A program made the translations under genes and the position numbers. Positions 48,591-59,200 of a DNA stretch of 64,000 nt are shown in pieces (the first letter of the stretch is position 1; each line of letters opens with the position of its first letter). The DNA is from Candidatus Ozemobacteraceae bacterium (GTDB taxonomy: Bacteria; Muiribacteriota; Ozemobacteria; Ozemobacterales; Ozemobacteraceae), in assembly GCA_965140445.1 (NCBI GenBank), contig OZ223236.1, forward strand, positions 4,960,001 through 5,024,000, in the 5' to 3' direction. The notes under the pieces are model-generated. The model did not search any database. It had not been told where the DNA came from and worked only from the letters and a program-made list of their open reading frames with translations.

Positions 48591-49842
48591 TCAGGTCTCC
48601 AATTCATTCCAAAAATATATTCTCATAACTGGTTTAGCAATACTTTGCTCAATTTCCTCTACGAAATCTTTTGCATCAGATACCATCGGAGCTTACCGGC
48701 AAATTTTTCAATTTCGAAAATCACCTCAGTATTCAATATCAGCTTTTCCAGATTTAAAAGAAAAAACATGGACAACACAAAGCCTCTTAAGGCTTTCTCA
48801 TTCAAGATATATGGGAGAAGTCAGATTGAAAGCTGAAATGGAGTTTAGTGGATTATTCGATTCCCAAAACCCATTTTCCAACAGATCTAATGCGTGGAGC
48901 GGAGCGAAACAAAGTTCGACATTAACTGGTTGGAAAACAGATTCCTCCCTTCTAAAAACACCAAATACAAGCATTGTTAGTAATCTGGAAAGACTCGAAC
49001 TTTCCTTCTCATCAGGAAATTTCGATTTTCAGGTTGGAAGACAACCGATCAGCCTTGGTACAAGTCACTTTACTGGTGTCCTTGATGTAATTTCTCCATT
49101 TTATCCTGGATATTTAGATAGTTCATATAAGCCTGGAGTAGACGGGATAAGAATCAGAACTCTAAAGGGCGATACCGGCGAAATGGAATTGATATTGGTT
49201 ACGGGAAAAAAATCCTCAGATTCTACCTATCTTGCAAGAATTAGAGATACATATGCAGAAATTGATCTAGAGCTTCTAGCGGGAAAACTGAGAAACAGAA
49301 ATTTTCTTGGAGCTGGCTGGGAGGGAGAAAGACGTCGAGTAAACATTTGGGGAGAGGTTGCAATCTTTGAAAGGAAAACCGATTTAGAAAAAATCCTTGG
49401 AGGAATCTCTGATAAATACGCAATTTCATGGATAGCGGGTCTGGAAAAAGATACTGGCTACGACTGGCGCTTGGGGATAGCCTATCTTCATCAGGATTTT
49501 GGTGCCAGAACTCCCGAGTCTCTTCCCATTGCATATTCTGGTTTGTCATTTAAACAAGGCTGGACCCATTTGGGAGCCTCGAGCTATATCATGGTTTCTG
49601 CCACAAGAGAAATGAATCCGCTGGTTAATTTAAATATAAACGGAATTTACAATTGCACTGATAATTCATCAATGTGGCAACCAACCCTGTCAATAAGTAC
49701 TGGCGACAACTCTGACCTTGTTTTTTTTATTTGGATGGGTCATGGTCGGGAATCTGAAGTTAAAGCCCCGGGAATTATTCAGCGATCAGAATTTGGTGAC
49801 TTTCCCAAAGGAGGGGGGCTGGTGGTTAGACGTTTTTTTTAA
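48577..49842 (+). CDS. Probable outer-membrane beta-barrel protein
   Basis: Signal peptide, VGRQPISLG, PGVDGIRI, alternating beta-strand pattern, C-terminal Phe. Confidence 0.6.
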   Translation: MKSDNQVSNSFQKYILITGLAILCSISSTKSFASDTIGAYRQIFQFRKSPQYSISAFPDLKEKTWTTQSLLRLSHSRYMGEVRLKAEMEFSGLFDSQNPFSNRSNAWSGAKQSSTLTGWKTDSSLLKTPNTSIVSNLERLELSFSSGNFDFQVGRQPISLGTSHFTGVLDVISPFYPGYLDSSYKPGVDGIRIRTLKGDTGEMELILVTGKKSSDSTYLARIRDTYAEIDLELLAGKLRNRNFLGAGWEGERRRVNIWGEVAIFERKTDLEKILGGISDKYAISWIAGLEKDTGYDWRLGIAYLHQDFGARTPESLPIAYSGLSFKQGWTHLGASSYIMVSATREMNPLVNLNINGIYNCTDNSSMWQPTLSISTGDNSDLVFFIWMGHGRESEVKAPGIIQRSEFGDFPKGGGLVVRRFF

Positions 49843-49913
49843 CCATGCATTTCTGCTGGATTTAGCATAGAATATAAAAAGGGTTCTCAAAGTAGTTTCA
49901 CAATAGGGAATTT

Positions 49914-50951
49914 ATGAAAAATTTCGGGCAGAAAACCAAAAGTGCGGTCATTTTGATATCAACTTTGTTCATATGCCTGCTCATTTTCTATTTGAGCACC
50001 GAGGTAAAAAGCTACCAGGAGTCCGAAAAGAAAAAAAAATTTAAAGCCATTTTAAGTGAAATTTCAGATCATATTTCGACTGAAAGTCAATTGGCCCTCA
50101 ACCAGCTAAAAATGCTTTCTAATGAGCTGGAGAAAGCTTACCTGAACTCTGAAAGATGCCCGGAACTATCAAGTACATCATTCCAATTTACTGAAACGGG
50201 AATGTTATACAATGACCATACCTCTGCGGTCTCTTCGATATGGGCTCCAGCCAAGGCAGAAAAAAGTTTTGTCTTAAAGTCACTCGCCATTTCAAAATTG
50301 GCAGAACCAACCATGAAGGAACTTGTAAGTAAAGGTTCTATTTTTTCACAGGCTTACTTCAATGATAACTACTTTTCGGCACGTATCGTTCCCCCAATTG
50401 ATGTACAAGCACAGCTGAAAGATGATCTGCAAATACCTGAAATGAACTTTTTCTACCTTGCAGATCCAAAGCATAATCCATCTTGCAAAGCAATTTGGAT
50501 ATCTGAACCTTACGTGGACCCAGCAGGCAGAGGTCGTGTTATCTCCGCTATTGCGCCTGTTTATTTAAAGGACCAATTTATGGGCGTCTGCGGAGCAGAC
50601 ATCTCAATTTTTTCAATTATAAACAGATGGTTTCAAAACTTTAAGGATTTGAATATAATTATTTTGAGTCAAAGTGGACAAATTGTTTTTGGCAATTCTG
50701 ACGCCTATAGCCTCCTTTCTCTCCCTGACCCCGTTGAATATCAGTATACAGGCTCCATAAGGAGCTTTACGTTTATGCCAGATACTTACAATTTGCTGAA
50801 AAGTCCGACAAATGAAGTTAGAAAAGCTGCTGTGCAAATACTAAAAGAAGAAAAAAAAGAAACTTCTTTCTGTATAAAAAATAAAGTAACCACCTTGTTG
50901 GCTGAGAAACTAAAAAAAATAGATTGGACAATCGTAATCGTTTTATCATGA
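49914..50951 (+). CDS. Stand-alone Cache (dCache-like) sensor domain protein
   Basis: One N-terminal TM, FFYLADPKHNP..AIWISEPYVDPAGRG.VIS.IAPVY...FMGV.G.DI, ending WTIVIVLS with no output domain. Confidence 0.8.
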   Translation: MKNFGQKTKSAVILISTLFICLLIFYLSTEVKSYQESEKKKKFKAILSEISDHISTESQLALNQLKMLSNELEKAYLNSERCPELSSTSFQFTETGMLYNDHTSAVSSIWAPAKAEKSFVLKSLAISKLAEPTMKELVSKGSIFSQAYFNDNYFSARIVPPIDVQAQLKDDLQIPEMNFFYLADPKHNPSCKAIWISEPYVDPAGRGRVISAIAPVYLKDQFMGVCGADISIFSIINRWFQNFKDLNIIILSQSGQIVFGNSDAYSLLSLPDPVEYQYTGSIRSFTFMPDTYNLLKSPTNEVRKAAVQILKEEKKETSFCIKNKVTTLLAEKLKKIDWTIVIVLS

Positions 50952-53434
50952 AAAGCAACAAACCTAATTCAAGTTATCTTTCATTAGCTTCATCACTGAT
51001 GCTGATAATTATATGTTTTATCGGTTTAATGTTTTTTCAGCACATAAATGCTGTTACAGTCTATGAAAAAGATAAGATTATTGAAAAATCTAGAAATCTT
51101 GGATTACTTATTTCAAGAAGATTTTCAGACTTTTACAACCAATTTGAGATTTATTCGGAATCAGCTGTATTTGAAAATATCTTTAATCAAGAATTCCCTT
51201 ATCCGATAATTTCCAGAAAAAGAATTAGAAGGTTCTACTCAAGCTACCAAGACATTCTGGAAGAAATTTGTGTTTTTAATGAAGAGGGAAAATTTAAAAC
51301 AGTAACCAGGACTACAGATAATTACTATGACATTAGTAAGACATTTAAAGAAAATTGCCCTTACCCATTCGAGAAAAAAATAGAGCAAACAAATGATTCC
51401 ATAATCATAGTGCTTGATTCCCAGGTTGATAAAAAATTAAAAATTGCCTTTAAGATTAGCCCACACAGATGCATCAGCTCTTCAATTTTTGCATATTCTA
51501 TTTTCAGAAAAACCTGGAGCCAGCTAATCCTCACAGAAAAGGTTTTAGAATCATCTAAGATAACCTTAGGGTCGGCTAAAAAGCTTTTCCCACAGCAACT
51601 GAACTTTGAATTAAGTAGTGATCAACTAAAAAGAGCTCAAGACCAACTTGAAGATATCTCTGAAGTTATGTTCTATCGCAAAGGAACAAATCACGAGATT
51701 TTATTGACTTACTCTCCGGTTAGAATTCTTGATGAATCTTTTTCACTTTTTATTGGCTTTAAAAAAGAAGAAGTTCTAAGCCTGGTTTATTCTTCACAGG
51801 TTTTGTTTTCGGTTATTTTCTGTTTCCTGCTGTTATTCTCCCTTCTTTTCATTACGCTGAGAAAAACTCTGGATAACAGAACCTATCTGACCAAAGAGCT
51901 TCAAAAACAACGAAATATTTTCTCAAACTTAATTGAATCTATGCCAATCGGTATAGCTGTTAAAAACTTTCAAGATGATATGAAATACCTGATTTGTAAT
52001 CCGGCTCTATCTCGAATGTTTAATCTGAGCATAGAAAAAATAGAGGGTAAAGTAGATAAAGAAATACTTCCAACCGAATTAGCGGAAAATTTTAAAACCC
52101 TCGACGATGAAGTAATTGAAACTGTAGAACCTGTTTTTAGAGATAAAATTCTAATGAATTTTGGAAAAGGCGGGGTCTGGATTCGCGCAAACGTCTTTCC
52201 AGTGTTAAATGCATCTGGAAAAATCATTCAGATAATGCATCTCCTGGAAGACGTTACCGAAGGCGTCAAGCTCGAACAACAGCTTCACCACGCGCAAAGA
52301 ATGGATGAGATGGGAAAACTGGCAGGTGGAATTGCTCATGAATTTAATAACCTTCTCCAGGTTATTCTTGGATATAGCGAACTTACAGCTTCTGAAAGCG
52401 ACGATTCATTTATCCTAGAGAATCTGGAACAAATTCAAAAAGCTGGTAAAAGCGCGATGAAGCTAACCAGACAGCTTTTAACTTATAGCAGAAAAACCGA
52501 ATTCAATAAAAAACAGCATAGCCTGGGTGATATTGTAAAAAGCAGTCTACGCATGACTCAGAGAGTTCTAGGCGAGGACATTACCGTTTCTTTGAATCAA
52601 CCAGAAAACCTGATTTTAGTTGAAGCAGATGCTAACCAGATCGATCAAATTCTAATGAACATGTGCATTAACGCTAGAGATGCAATGGAAGGCAAAGGCC
52701 AGATTGAAATCACCCTTAGCAAAGTGCAACAAATAGAAAAAGTATTTGAGATGGGTATAGTAAACACTTCTCCACAAGGGTATGCCAAAATCTATTTTGC
52801 CGATAATGGGCCGGGCATACCAAAAAACCTTATCAATCACGTTTTTGAGCCTTTCTTTACAACAAAAGAAGTTGGAAAAGGCACAGGCCTTGGTTTAGCA
52901 ACAGTTTATGCAATACTAAAGCAACACGGTGGATTCATTTTTATTGATAGCAATTATGAATCTGGAGCAGCATTTGAAATTTTTCTTCCTCTATCAACTG
53001 AAAGTGTTGAGCTAATAGACACTTCAAACAACAAATCAAAGAAAACTGACATGACCATAAAAAGCGATTTCACCATTCTCGTTGCAGAAGATGAAGATTC
53101 AGTCAGAGCTATGTGCGTCAAATTGCTAAAAAGAAATGGCTACAAAGTTCTTATTGCAACAAACGGCGAAGAAGCAATTGAAATTTTTAACCAGCATAAG
53201 GAAGAAGTCTCAATGCTTCTTTTTGACGTGATGATGCCAAAATTAAATGGGAAAGAAGCTTATGAAGAGATAAAAAAAATCAAACCAGAAATCCCAATTT
53301 TATTTTGTACGGGTTACAGTGACCGCATAATCAGTCCCGAGCTATTGGAAAGTAAAAACGTTGAATTGTTAACCAAACCCTATAAAACGGGAGAAATGAT
53401 TTCACTTCTGGATTCAATGCTAAAAAAAAGCTAG
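50948..53434 (+). CDS. Hybrid histidine kinase (periplasmic domain, PAS, HisKA, HATPase, REC)
   Basis: LAGGIAHEFNN, NARDAM, DNGPGI, FFTTKEVGKGTGLGL, FDVMMP. ATGA overlap with the Cache gene. Confidence 0.9.
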   Translation: MKSNKPNSSYLSLASSLMLIIICFIGLMFFQHINAVTVYEKDKIIEKSRNLGLLISRRFSDFYNQFEIYSESAVFENIFNQEFPYPIISRKRIRRFYSSYQDILEEICVFNEEGKFKTVTRTTDNYYDISKTFKENCPYPFEKKIEQTNDSIIIVLDSQVDKKLKIAFKISPHRCISSSIFAYSIFRKTWSQLILTEKVLESSKITLGSAKKLFPQQLNFELSSDQLKRAQDQLEDISEVMFYRKGTNHEILLTYSPVRILDESFSLFIGFKKEEVLSLVYSSQVLFSVIFCFLLLFSLLFITLRKTLDNRTYLTKELQKQRNIFSNLIESMPIGIAVKNFQDDMKYLICNPALSRMFNLSIEKIEGKVDKEILPTELAENFKTLDDEVIETVEPVFRDKILMNFGKGGVWIRANVFPVLNASGKIIQIMHLLEDVTEGVKLEQQLHHAQRMDEMGKLAGGIAHEFNNLLQVILGYSELTASESDDSFILENLEQIQKAGKSAMKLTRQLLTYSRKTEFNKKQHSLGDIVKSSLRMTQRVLGEDITVSLNQPENLILVEADANQIDQILMNMCINARDAMEGKGQIEITLSKVQQIEKVFEMGIVNTSPQGYAKIYFADNGPGIPKNLINHVFEPFFTTKEVGKGTGLGLATVYAILKQHGGFIFIDSNYESGAAFEIFLPLSTESVELIDTSNNKSKKTDMTIKSDFTILVAEDEDSVRAMCVKLLKRNGYKVLIATNGEEAIEIFNQHKEEVSMLLFDVMMPKLNGKEAYEEIKKIKPEIPILFCTGYSDRIISPELLESKNVELLTKPYKTGEMISLLDSMLKKS

Positions 53435-53463
53435 CCCAATGATTAATTTGAGCTAGCTTTTTA
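53422..53463. terminator. Bidirectional terminator
   Basis: AAAAAGCTAGC ... GCTAGCTTTTT between convergent genes. Confidence 0.65.
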
Positions 53464-53485
53464 TAATTAACTTTAACAATGAAGT

Positions 53486-54259
53486 CTATTTTTTATCAGC
53501 GGCTTTAACCTCTTTTTTGGTTTCTTTTTCAACTTCTTTTTTGGCTTTCTTTTTGCTTTTAGCTTTCTTCTCTTTGACCTTTAAATCTACCGTAGCAGCT
53601 GGAACCAGGCGACCTGCAAGAAGTCTGAATTTCTTGTTAGGAGCCCCAGTTTTTGTCTTAAAAATATCTTTCCCTTTGCTATTTTTAAAACTTAGTAACT
53701 CATCGGCTGATTTAAAAGGCTTTTTAGCTCTCTTTGCCACAATCTCTTTTGCAACGCTGGCACTCATACCAGGAAGGCATCTCATCTTGAAAACAGAAGC
53801 AGTATTAAGATCTACCATCTCTTCATTAAAATGGAGCCTCAGTTTTCCCACCAGATTTCTCAACGCACTGGAAACTTTTCCACTTTTGGTTTTTGCAAAT
53901 TTTAATTTTCCGTCAACTTTGATCTTTTCAAAGTCTAGCATTGCTTTAAGAGGAGAAGCCTTTCTGTGAGCTATAATATCTTCTGCCAATGCTTTTCCAA
54001 TGCCTGTTATACTCTTTAGGCCAGAAGCATCTAATTTATTAAGAGCGTCAAGCACCTTTTGATCTACAGGTAGAACTACTTCAGGCTTGCCAATTTCATC
54101 CATCTCAGCTTTTTTCTTTGCCTTGGGAGCTTCCTTTGCTTTCGCTATAACTGGTTTTAGTTCTTTAGTCGCAGCAGCTTTTTTTTCTACGGCAAAACCA
54201 GGAACCACTAACGCAGCCCCCAAGATAACAGTCAAAATAGTCAAAGATATCTTGCGCAT
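53486..54259 (-). CDS. Exported Lys-rich protein with two ComEA-like helix-hairpin-helix domains
   Basis: Signal peptide MRKISL; LN..ASGLKSITGIGKALAEDIIAHR and VDLNTAS..MRCLPGMSASVAKEIVAKR..PFKSADEL. Confidence 0.75.
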   Translation of the reverse strand: MRKISLTILTVILGAALVVPGFAVEKKAAATKELKPVIAKAKEAPKAKKKAEMDEIGKPEVVLPVDQKVLDALNKLDASGLKSITGIGKALAEDIIAHRKASPLKAMLDFEKIKVDGKLKFAKTKSGKVSSALRNLVGKLRLHFNEEMVDLNTASVFKMRCLPGMSASVAKEIVAKRAKKPFKSADELLSFKNSKGKDIFKTKTGAPNKKFRLLAGRLVPAATVDLKVKEKKAKSKKKAKKEVEKETKKEVKAADKK

Positions 54260-54394
54260 ATTTCCCTCCAAAATTAAGTCTAATTAGTTAATCATAAATG
54301 AGATTTCTGACTTGAGCAATAGACAATCCTTTAAAGTGCTTAATTCAAAATAAGTATGAAAACAAGGCGCTAAAAATTCATCATACACAATTTT

Positions 54395-54423
54395 TCAAAC
54401 GTTCATTTTAAATGATCATTTGA
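54395..54423. promoter_or_regulatory. Putative overlapping TetR operators
   Basis: TCAAACGTTCATTTTA and TTAAATGATCATTTGA (core palindrome AAATGATCATTT) upstream of the regulator. Confidence 0.45.
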
Positions 54424-54474
54424 TTTTTTTACCACACCGGAGTAAAATTTAAATACTACAAACCGGAGATTTTT

Positions 54475-55083
54475 ATGAGTTCAACAAAAGATTTGCTAAT
54501 CAATAAAGCGGGAAAATTGTTTGCTGAAAACGGACTAAATGGAACAAGTATAAAAAAAATAGCCGACGAAACTGAACAAAATATAGCTGCTGTAAATTAT
54601 CACTTTGGTTCAAAAGAAAACCTCTTTCTGGAAATTTTAAAAATGGTTTTAAAAAAAGCGGAATTTTCAATCAATGCAGATATCTCAACCCTCAATAAAT
54701 CCCAAGCCATTGATTTAGTTAAAAAGTTTATTGAGGCCAAATGCAATTTTTTTCTCAGCAAAAACAACCCAAATTGGTATGGACAATTAATTGTTAAAGC
54801 TGTTCATGAGACGCCGGAGTCAATTCAAGATAAAGTCGCAAAATTCTTTTACCCGGATTTTGAAAAACTACAGCAATTGGCAATGGTAATTAGACCTGAT
54901 TATACATTCAGTCAAGCCCAACTGTGGGCACACTCCATAATGGGACAAATGGTCTTCTATATATTTGGACAAAAAATGATTTTTGTAACCAATGAAATCT
55001 CTGATTATTCAACAGAATATATTAACAAAGTTATTAAGCACATCTCAGACAGCTCAATCTCATTTATTGAAAGCAAATACTGA
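54475..55083 (+). CDS. TetR-family regulator, CecR/YbiH-like
   Basis: AGKLFAENG..GTSIKKIA....NIAAVNYHFGSKENLF, SIMGQMVFY. Confidence 0.88.
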   Translation: MSSTKDLLINKAGKLFAENGLNGTSIKKIADETEQNIAAVNYHFGSKENLFLEILKMVLKKAEFSINADISTLNKSQAIDLVKKFIEAKCNFFLSKNNPNWYGQLIVKAVHETPESIQDKVAKFFYPDFEKLQQLAMVIRPDYTFSQAQLWAHSIMGQMVFYIFGQKMIFVTNEISDYSTEYINKVIKHISDSSISFIESKY

Positions 55084-55096
55084 AAAAGAGGTACGT

Positions 55097-56272
55097 ATGA
55101 AACGCTCTAAAAACTATTCTAAGAAATTTTCACTACTATTCATCGCCTGTTATGTGCTTTTTTCTTCAATTCTTTTTGGACAAGAACAAAAAGAAGTCTC
55201 TGTTACAACGGAAAAAGTTAAAAAAATGGTCTTTGAAGAAGCCTTAAAAGTTCAAGGCAATCTAGACGCTTCTTATAAAGCAAAAGTATCGGCAAGAATT
55301 CCAGGGGCAATTGAAAGCATTTTTGTTCAGGAAGGCGACTCCGTAATAAAAGGCAAAACAAAATTGTTCCAAATTGATTCTCTGAAACTTGAGAAAAATG
55401 TAGAAATCAGGGAACAAGAACTGGCCATTGCAAAATGTGCATTGAAAGAAAAACAAGCCAGATTAAAACAAACTTCTGCTGACCTTGAAAAATCCAAAGC
55501 CGACTTAAAAAGATTCAGATTATTATGGGAATCTAATTCTATAAGTGCTGATGACTATGAGAAGGTTCAGCTTAAATATAAAATCAGCGAAGCTTCTGTA
55601 GAGCATACTCAAACATTGATAGAACTCAGCCGGGAACAGCTTAAGCAAGCAGAATTAGCATTGGGAATTGCTGAAAAGGATTTAAGAGATTCAACTATTT
55701 TCAGCCCTATCGATGGCAAAGTAAGTATGAGGCTTCAAGAACCTGGAGAAATGGCTGCCCCCGGAAAACCAATTGTAATTGTAGAGAATCCAAAGTCCAT
55801 AGAAGTTTCCGCCTACATCCCCGCAAAATACTATTCACAAATTATTCCGGGTAAAACAAAATGTGAAATTTCAATAGAAAGTTCCATAAGAAAAAGCTCT
55901 GACATAGACTACAAAAGCCCAACCATAAACCCAGCCATGCGAACTTTTGAAGTTAAAGCAACATTGAAAAACGAAAACAATTCATTAATTCCGGGGTCTC
56001 TTGCAGAGGTAAAATTGATCCTTTCCAGTAATGAATCTCTGGGAGTTCCAGTTAAATCTATCCTTACAAGAGATGGCAAAAGAGTGATTTTTATACGGAA
56101 CAATAACTCAATTGCCAAAATGGTTGAAATCTCTACCGGAACTGAAAACAACGGCTGGACTGAAGTAACTTCAGATTTTCCTTTAAAAGAAGGTGATGAA
56201 GTTATTACACAAGGTAACTACCTCCTAAATGATGGTATGAGGGTAAAAACCATTACTAGAGGTGAAAACTAA
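55097..56272 (+). CDS. RND periplasmic adaptor subunit
   Basis: VSARIPG, VQEGD, IFSPIDG, RTFEVK, LIPG, LKEGD. Start at ATG 55097 after GAGG. Confidence 0.88.
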   Translation: MKRSKNYSKKFSLLFIACYVLFSSILFGQEQKEVSVTTEKVKKMVFEEALKVQGNLDASYKAKVSARIPGAIESIFVQEGDSVIKGKTKLFQIDSLKLEKNVEIREQELAIAKCALKEKQARLKQTSADLEKSKADLKRFRLLWESNSISADDYEKVQLKYKISEASVEHTQTLIELSREQLKQAELALGIAEKDLRDSTIFSPIDGKVSMRLQEPGEMAAPGKPIVIVENPKSIEVSAYIPAKYYSQIIPGKTKCEISIESSIRKSSDIDYKSPTINPAMRTFEVKATLKNENNSLIPGSLAEVKLILSSNESLGVPVKSILTRDGKRVIFIRNNNSIAKMVEISTGTENNGWTEVTSDFPLKEGDEVITQGNYLLNDGMRVKTITRGEN

Positions 56273-59200
56273 TGGGCTTAATTGATTTTTCAGTAAAAAG
56301 ATATGTGGCAATTTTTTGTCTAATTATCGCATTAACCGGTCTTGGACTGAACTCTTACCGAAAGCTACCTCTCGAAGAACTTCCTAAAACAGACATGCCC
56401 TATGTAACTGTTTTTACAATATATCCTGGAGCATCTCCTGCAGAGATTGAAACAGATATCGCCAAACCAATCGAAGATGCTGTTGGGACAATTGACGGTT
56501 TAAAAAACATAACTTCCTCCTGCATGGAAAATGCTTGCCAAACATTACTAGAATTTAATATCGGGGTTGATTTTGATCAGGCAGCTAATGATGTTCGTGA
56601 GAAAGTTGATCTGATCTTAAATAATTTTCCAGATGGGGTCGGAAAACCAAAAATTCTCAAATTTGACGTAAACGCTCAGCCTATTATTAACCTGGCCGTT
56701 ACTGGAGAAATCCCATTAATAGACTTATACGACTATGTGGATAACGAGTTTGCCGACAAATTATCCAGTATTCCTGGAGTTGCAGATATCCAACTAATTG
56801 GTGGGGCTAAGCAAAGAATAAGCATTGAGCTTGATAGATCAGCGCTGGCCGCCAGAAATTTAACCAGCTTAGATATTGTTAAGGCCATTAAGAGCGAGAT
56901 AAAACTTATACCATCAGGAAGAGTCAGGCATGAAGGACAAGAATTCTCAATAAAATTTGATGCAGACTATAAAGAGATTTCCGAAATTGAAGATCTGGAA
57001 ATAGCAAACACAAACGCCCAAAGATGTTATTTAAGAGATGTTGCCAAAGTAATTCTGTCCACAGAAGAGCTAAGACAGCTCGCTACAGTAAATGGTAAAA
57101 GCTGTATTGCTGTTAAAATTGTAAAAAAAGCTGAAGCAAATGCAGTTGAAGTTGTTAAACGAGTAAAAGAGCAGATTGCAAAGCTTAAGGCAACCCTTCC
57201 TGGCGGCGTCGAGGTAATTTGGGTGTCTGACATGGGAAACTACATTCAAGCATCAGTAGATAGCGCCGTTTCAAATATATGGCAGGGAATTCTTCTAACT
57301 TCAGTTTTAATGTTCTTTTTCTTGTATAACTTTAGATCCACAATAATCGTTGCAATCACAATGCCTCTTACAATTATTTGTGGATTGTTTATGCTCTATC
57401 TTCTCGCCTATTCATTAAACACGTGCACTTTACTGGCTCTTGGTCTATCCATTGGAATTCTTGTAACCAACTCAATTGTTGTATTGGAAAGCATAGTAAG
57501 CAAGCTCCAGAAAGGAGATTCGCCGGCTTCTGCCTCAATCAACGGAACCAAAGAAGTTCTCATAGCAATACTCGCAAGCGCAGGAACAAATGTTGTTGTT
57601 CTATTTCCAGTTAGCTTGATGAAAGGACAAATTGGCCAATTCTTTATTCCATTTGCCCTCACCATGGTAGGCATAACCGGAATATCTCTTATCATATCAT
57701 TTACATTGACTCCAGCAACATCAGGGCAGCTTCTTAAAGAAAAAACGGATTCCGACAATACTGAAACCGGGCTTCTTTTAAAAATGGAAAAAGCATGGAA
57801 TTCCGCCTTTGATTTTATGGTTGCTGGATTTACTTCTTTTATTCAAAAAATATTCAGGAAAAGAGTGTTGAGCATTTTAATCCTTTTTATATCTGCTTTG
57901 CTTTTACTCCAATCTTTATCTCTGGTTCCCGCAATTGGCTTTTCATTTATTCCCAGAACAGATCGTGGCGAACTTGTTCTAAAGCTTGAATTCCCAACCT
58001 CATACTCGCTAGAAGCAACCAGGGAAAGAGTTAAAGAAATAAACGAATCACTTATAAATCTTCCATATATTAAAAATCGCCTGGTTACAATTGGAAAAAT
58101 TGATGGTACGGTTGGGCAAACCTCAGAAGGCGTTCATCTTGCCCAGATTCTTTGCATATTCTCAGACAAAAATCAACGTAATCAAGGCATCGAAGAATTG
58201 GCAGATTTGGTTAGAAAAAAAGTAGAGAACCTTCCTGATCTTATTGCTACAGTTACGCTTCCAGATTCTGTAGGAGCTGGTGCTGATCTAAAAATGGTTA
58301 TAAAAGGTCCAGATTTTTCTGAGCTTGACCGCCTGGGCCTTGCCGTAGCCAAAGAATCCATAAAGCTTGATGAGATTGTTGATGTGGACACCTCGATCAG
58401 GCCAGGAAAACCAGAAATTAGAGTTACCCCACGGCGAGCTATTTTAAGCGATTTAAAAATTCCAGCAACCATGCTCGGAATGATGCTTAGAACTAATATT
58501 GAAGGAGCAAATGCTGGCACCTTTAAAAAGAATTCAAGAACTTACGACATCGTTGTAAAGCTCAAAGAAAAACAAGGATTGGAACAAATTGCCAGTTTGG
58601 AACTTCCTGGAATGGCCGGGCATCCAGTTATTCTTGAAAATTTTGCTGATGTTACCAGAAAGATAGCTTCAGTCCTAATAACAAGAAGGAATAAAGAGCG
58701 CGCTTCAGTCATTTATTCAAACCTGAAAAAGGGAGCTCCACTCGGAACAGCTGCGGATAAGGTTGCCAATATACTGGAAAAACAGATACAGCTGCCTCCT
58801 GGCTACTCCTATGAATTTTTTGGAAAAATCGAAGCAATGAAAGAAGGCCAGCGAGACTTTCTGGAAGTTGGAATAACAGCATTTCTTCTCACATATTTGC
58901 TATTGTGTTCGATCCTGAATTCCTTTAAAAGGCCAATTATTATTCTTCTTACCATTCCTCTTGGTCTCATGGGAAGCTTGTGGAGCCTTTATCTTACAGG
59001 AGAATCCATCTCAATGATGGTTTTACTTGGAAGCGTCATGCTAATCGGAATCGTTGTAAATAATGCAATCTTGATTATGGATAAGGTTCAAGAAGAAATG
59101 GAAAGTGGAATCACCCCCGAAGAAGCCATGCTTAATGCCCTAAGAAGTAGAATGCGCGCAATCGTGATGATCACTTTAGCTGCTATCCTTGGAATGCTAC

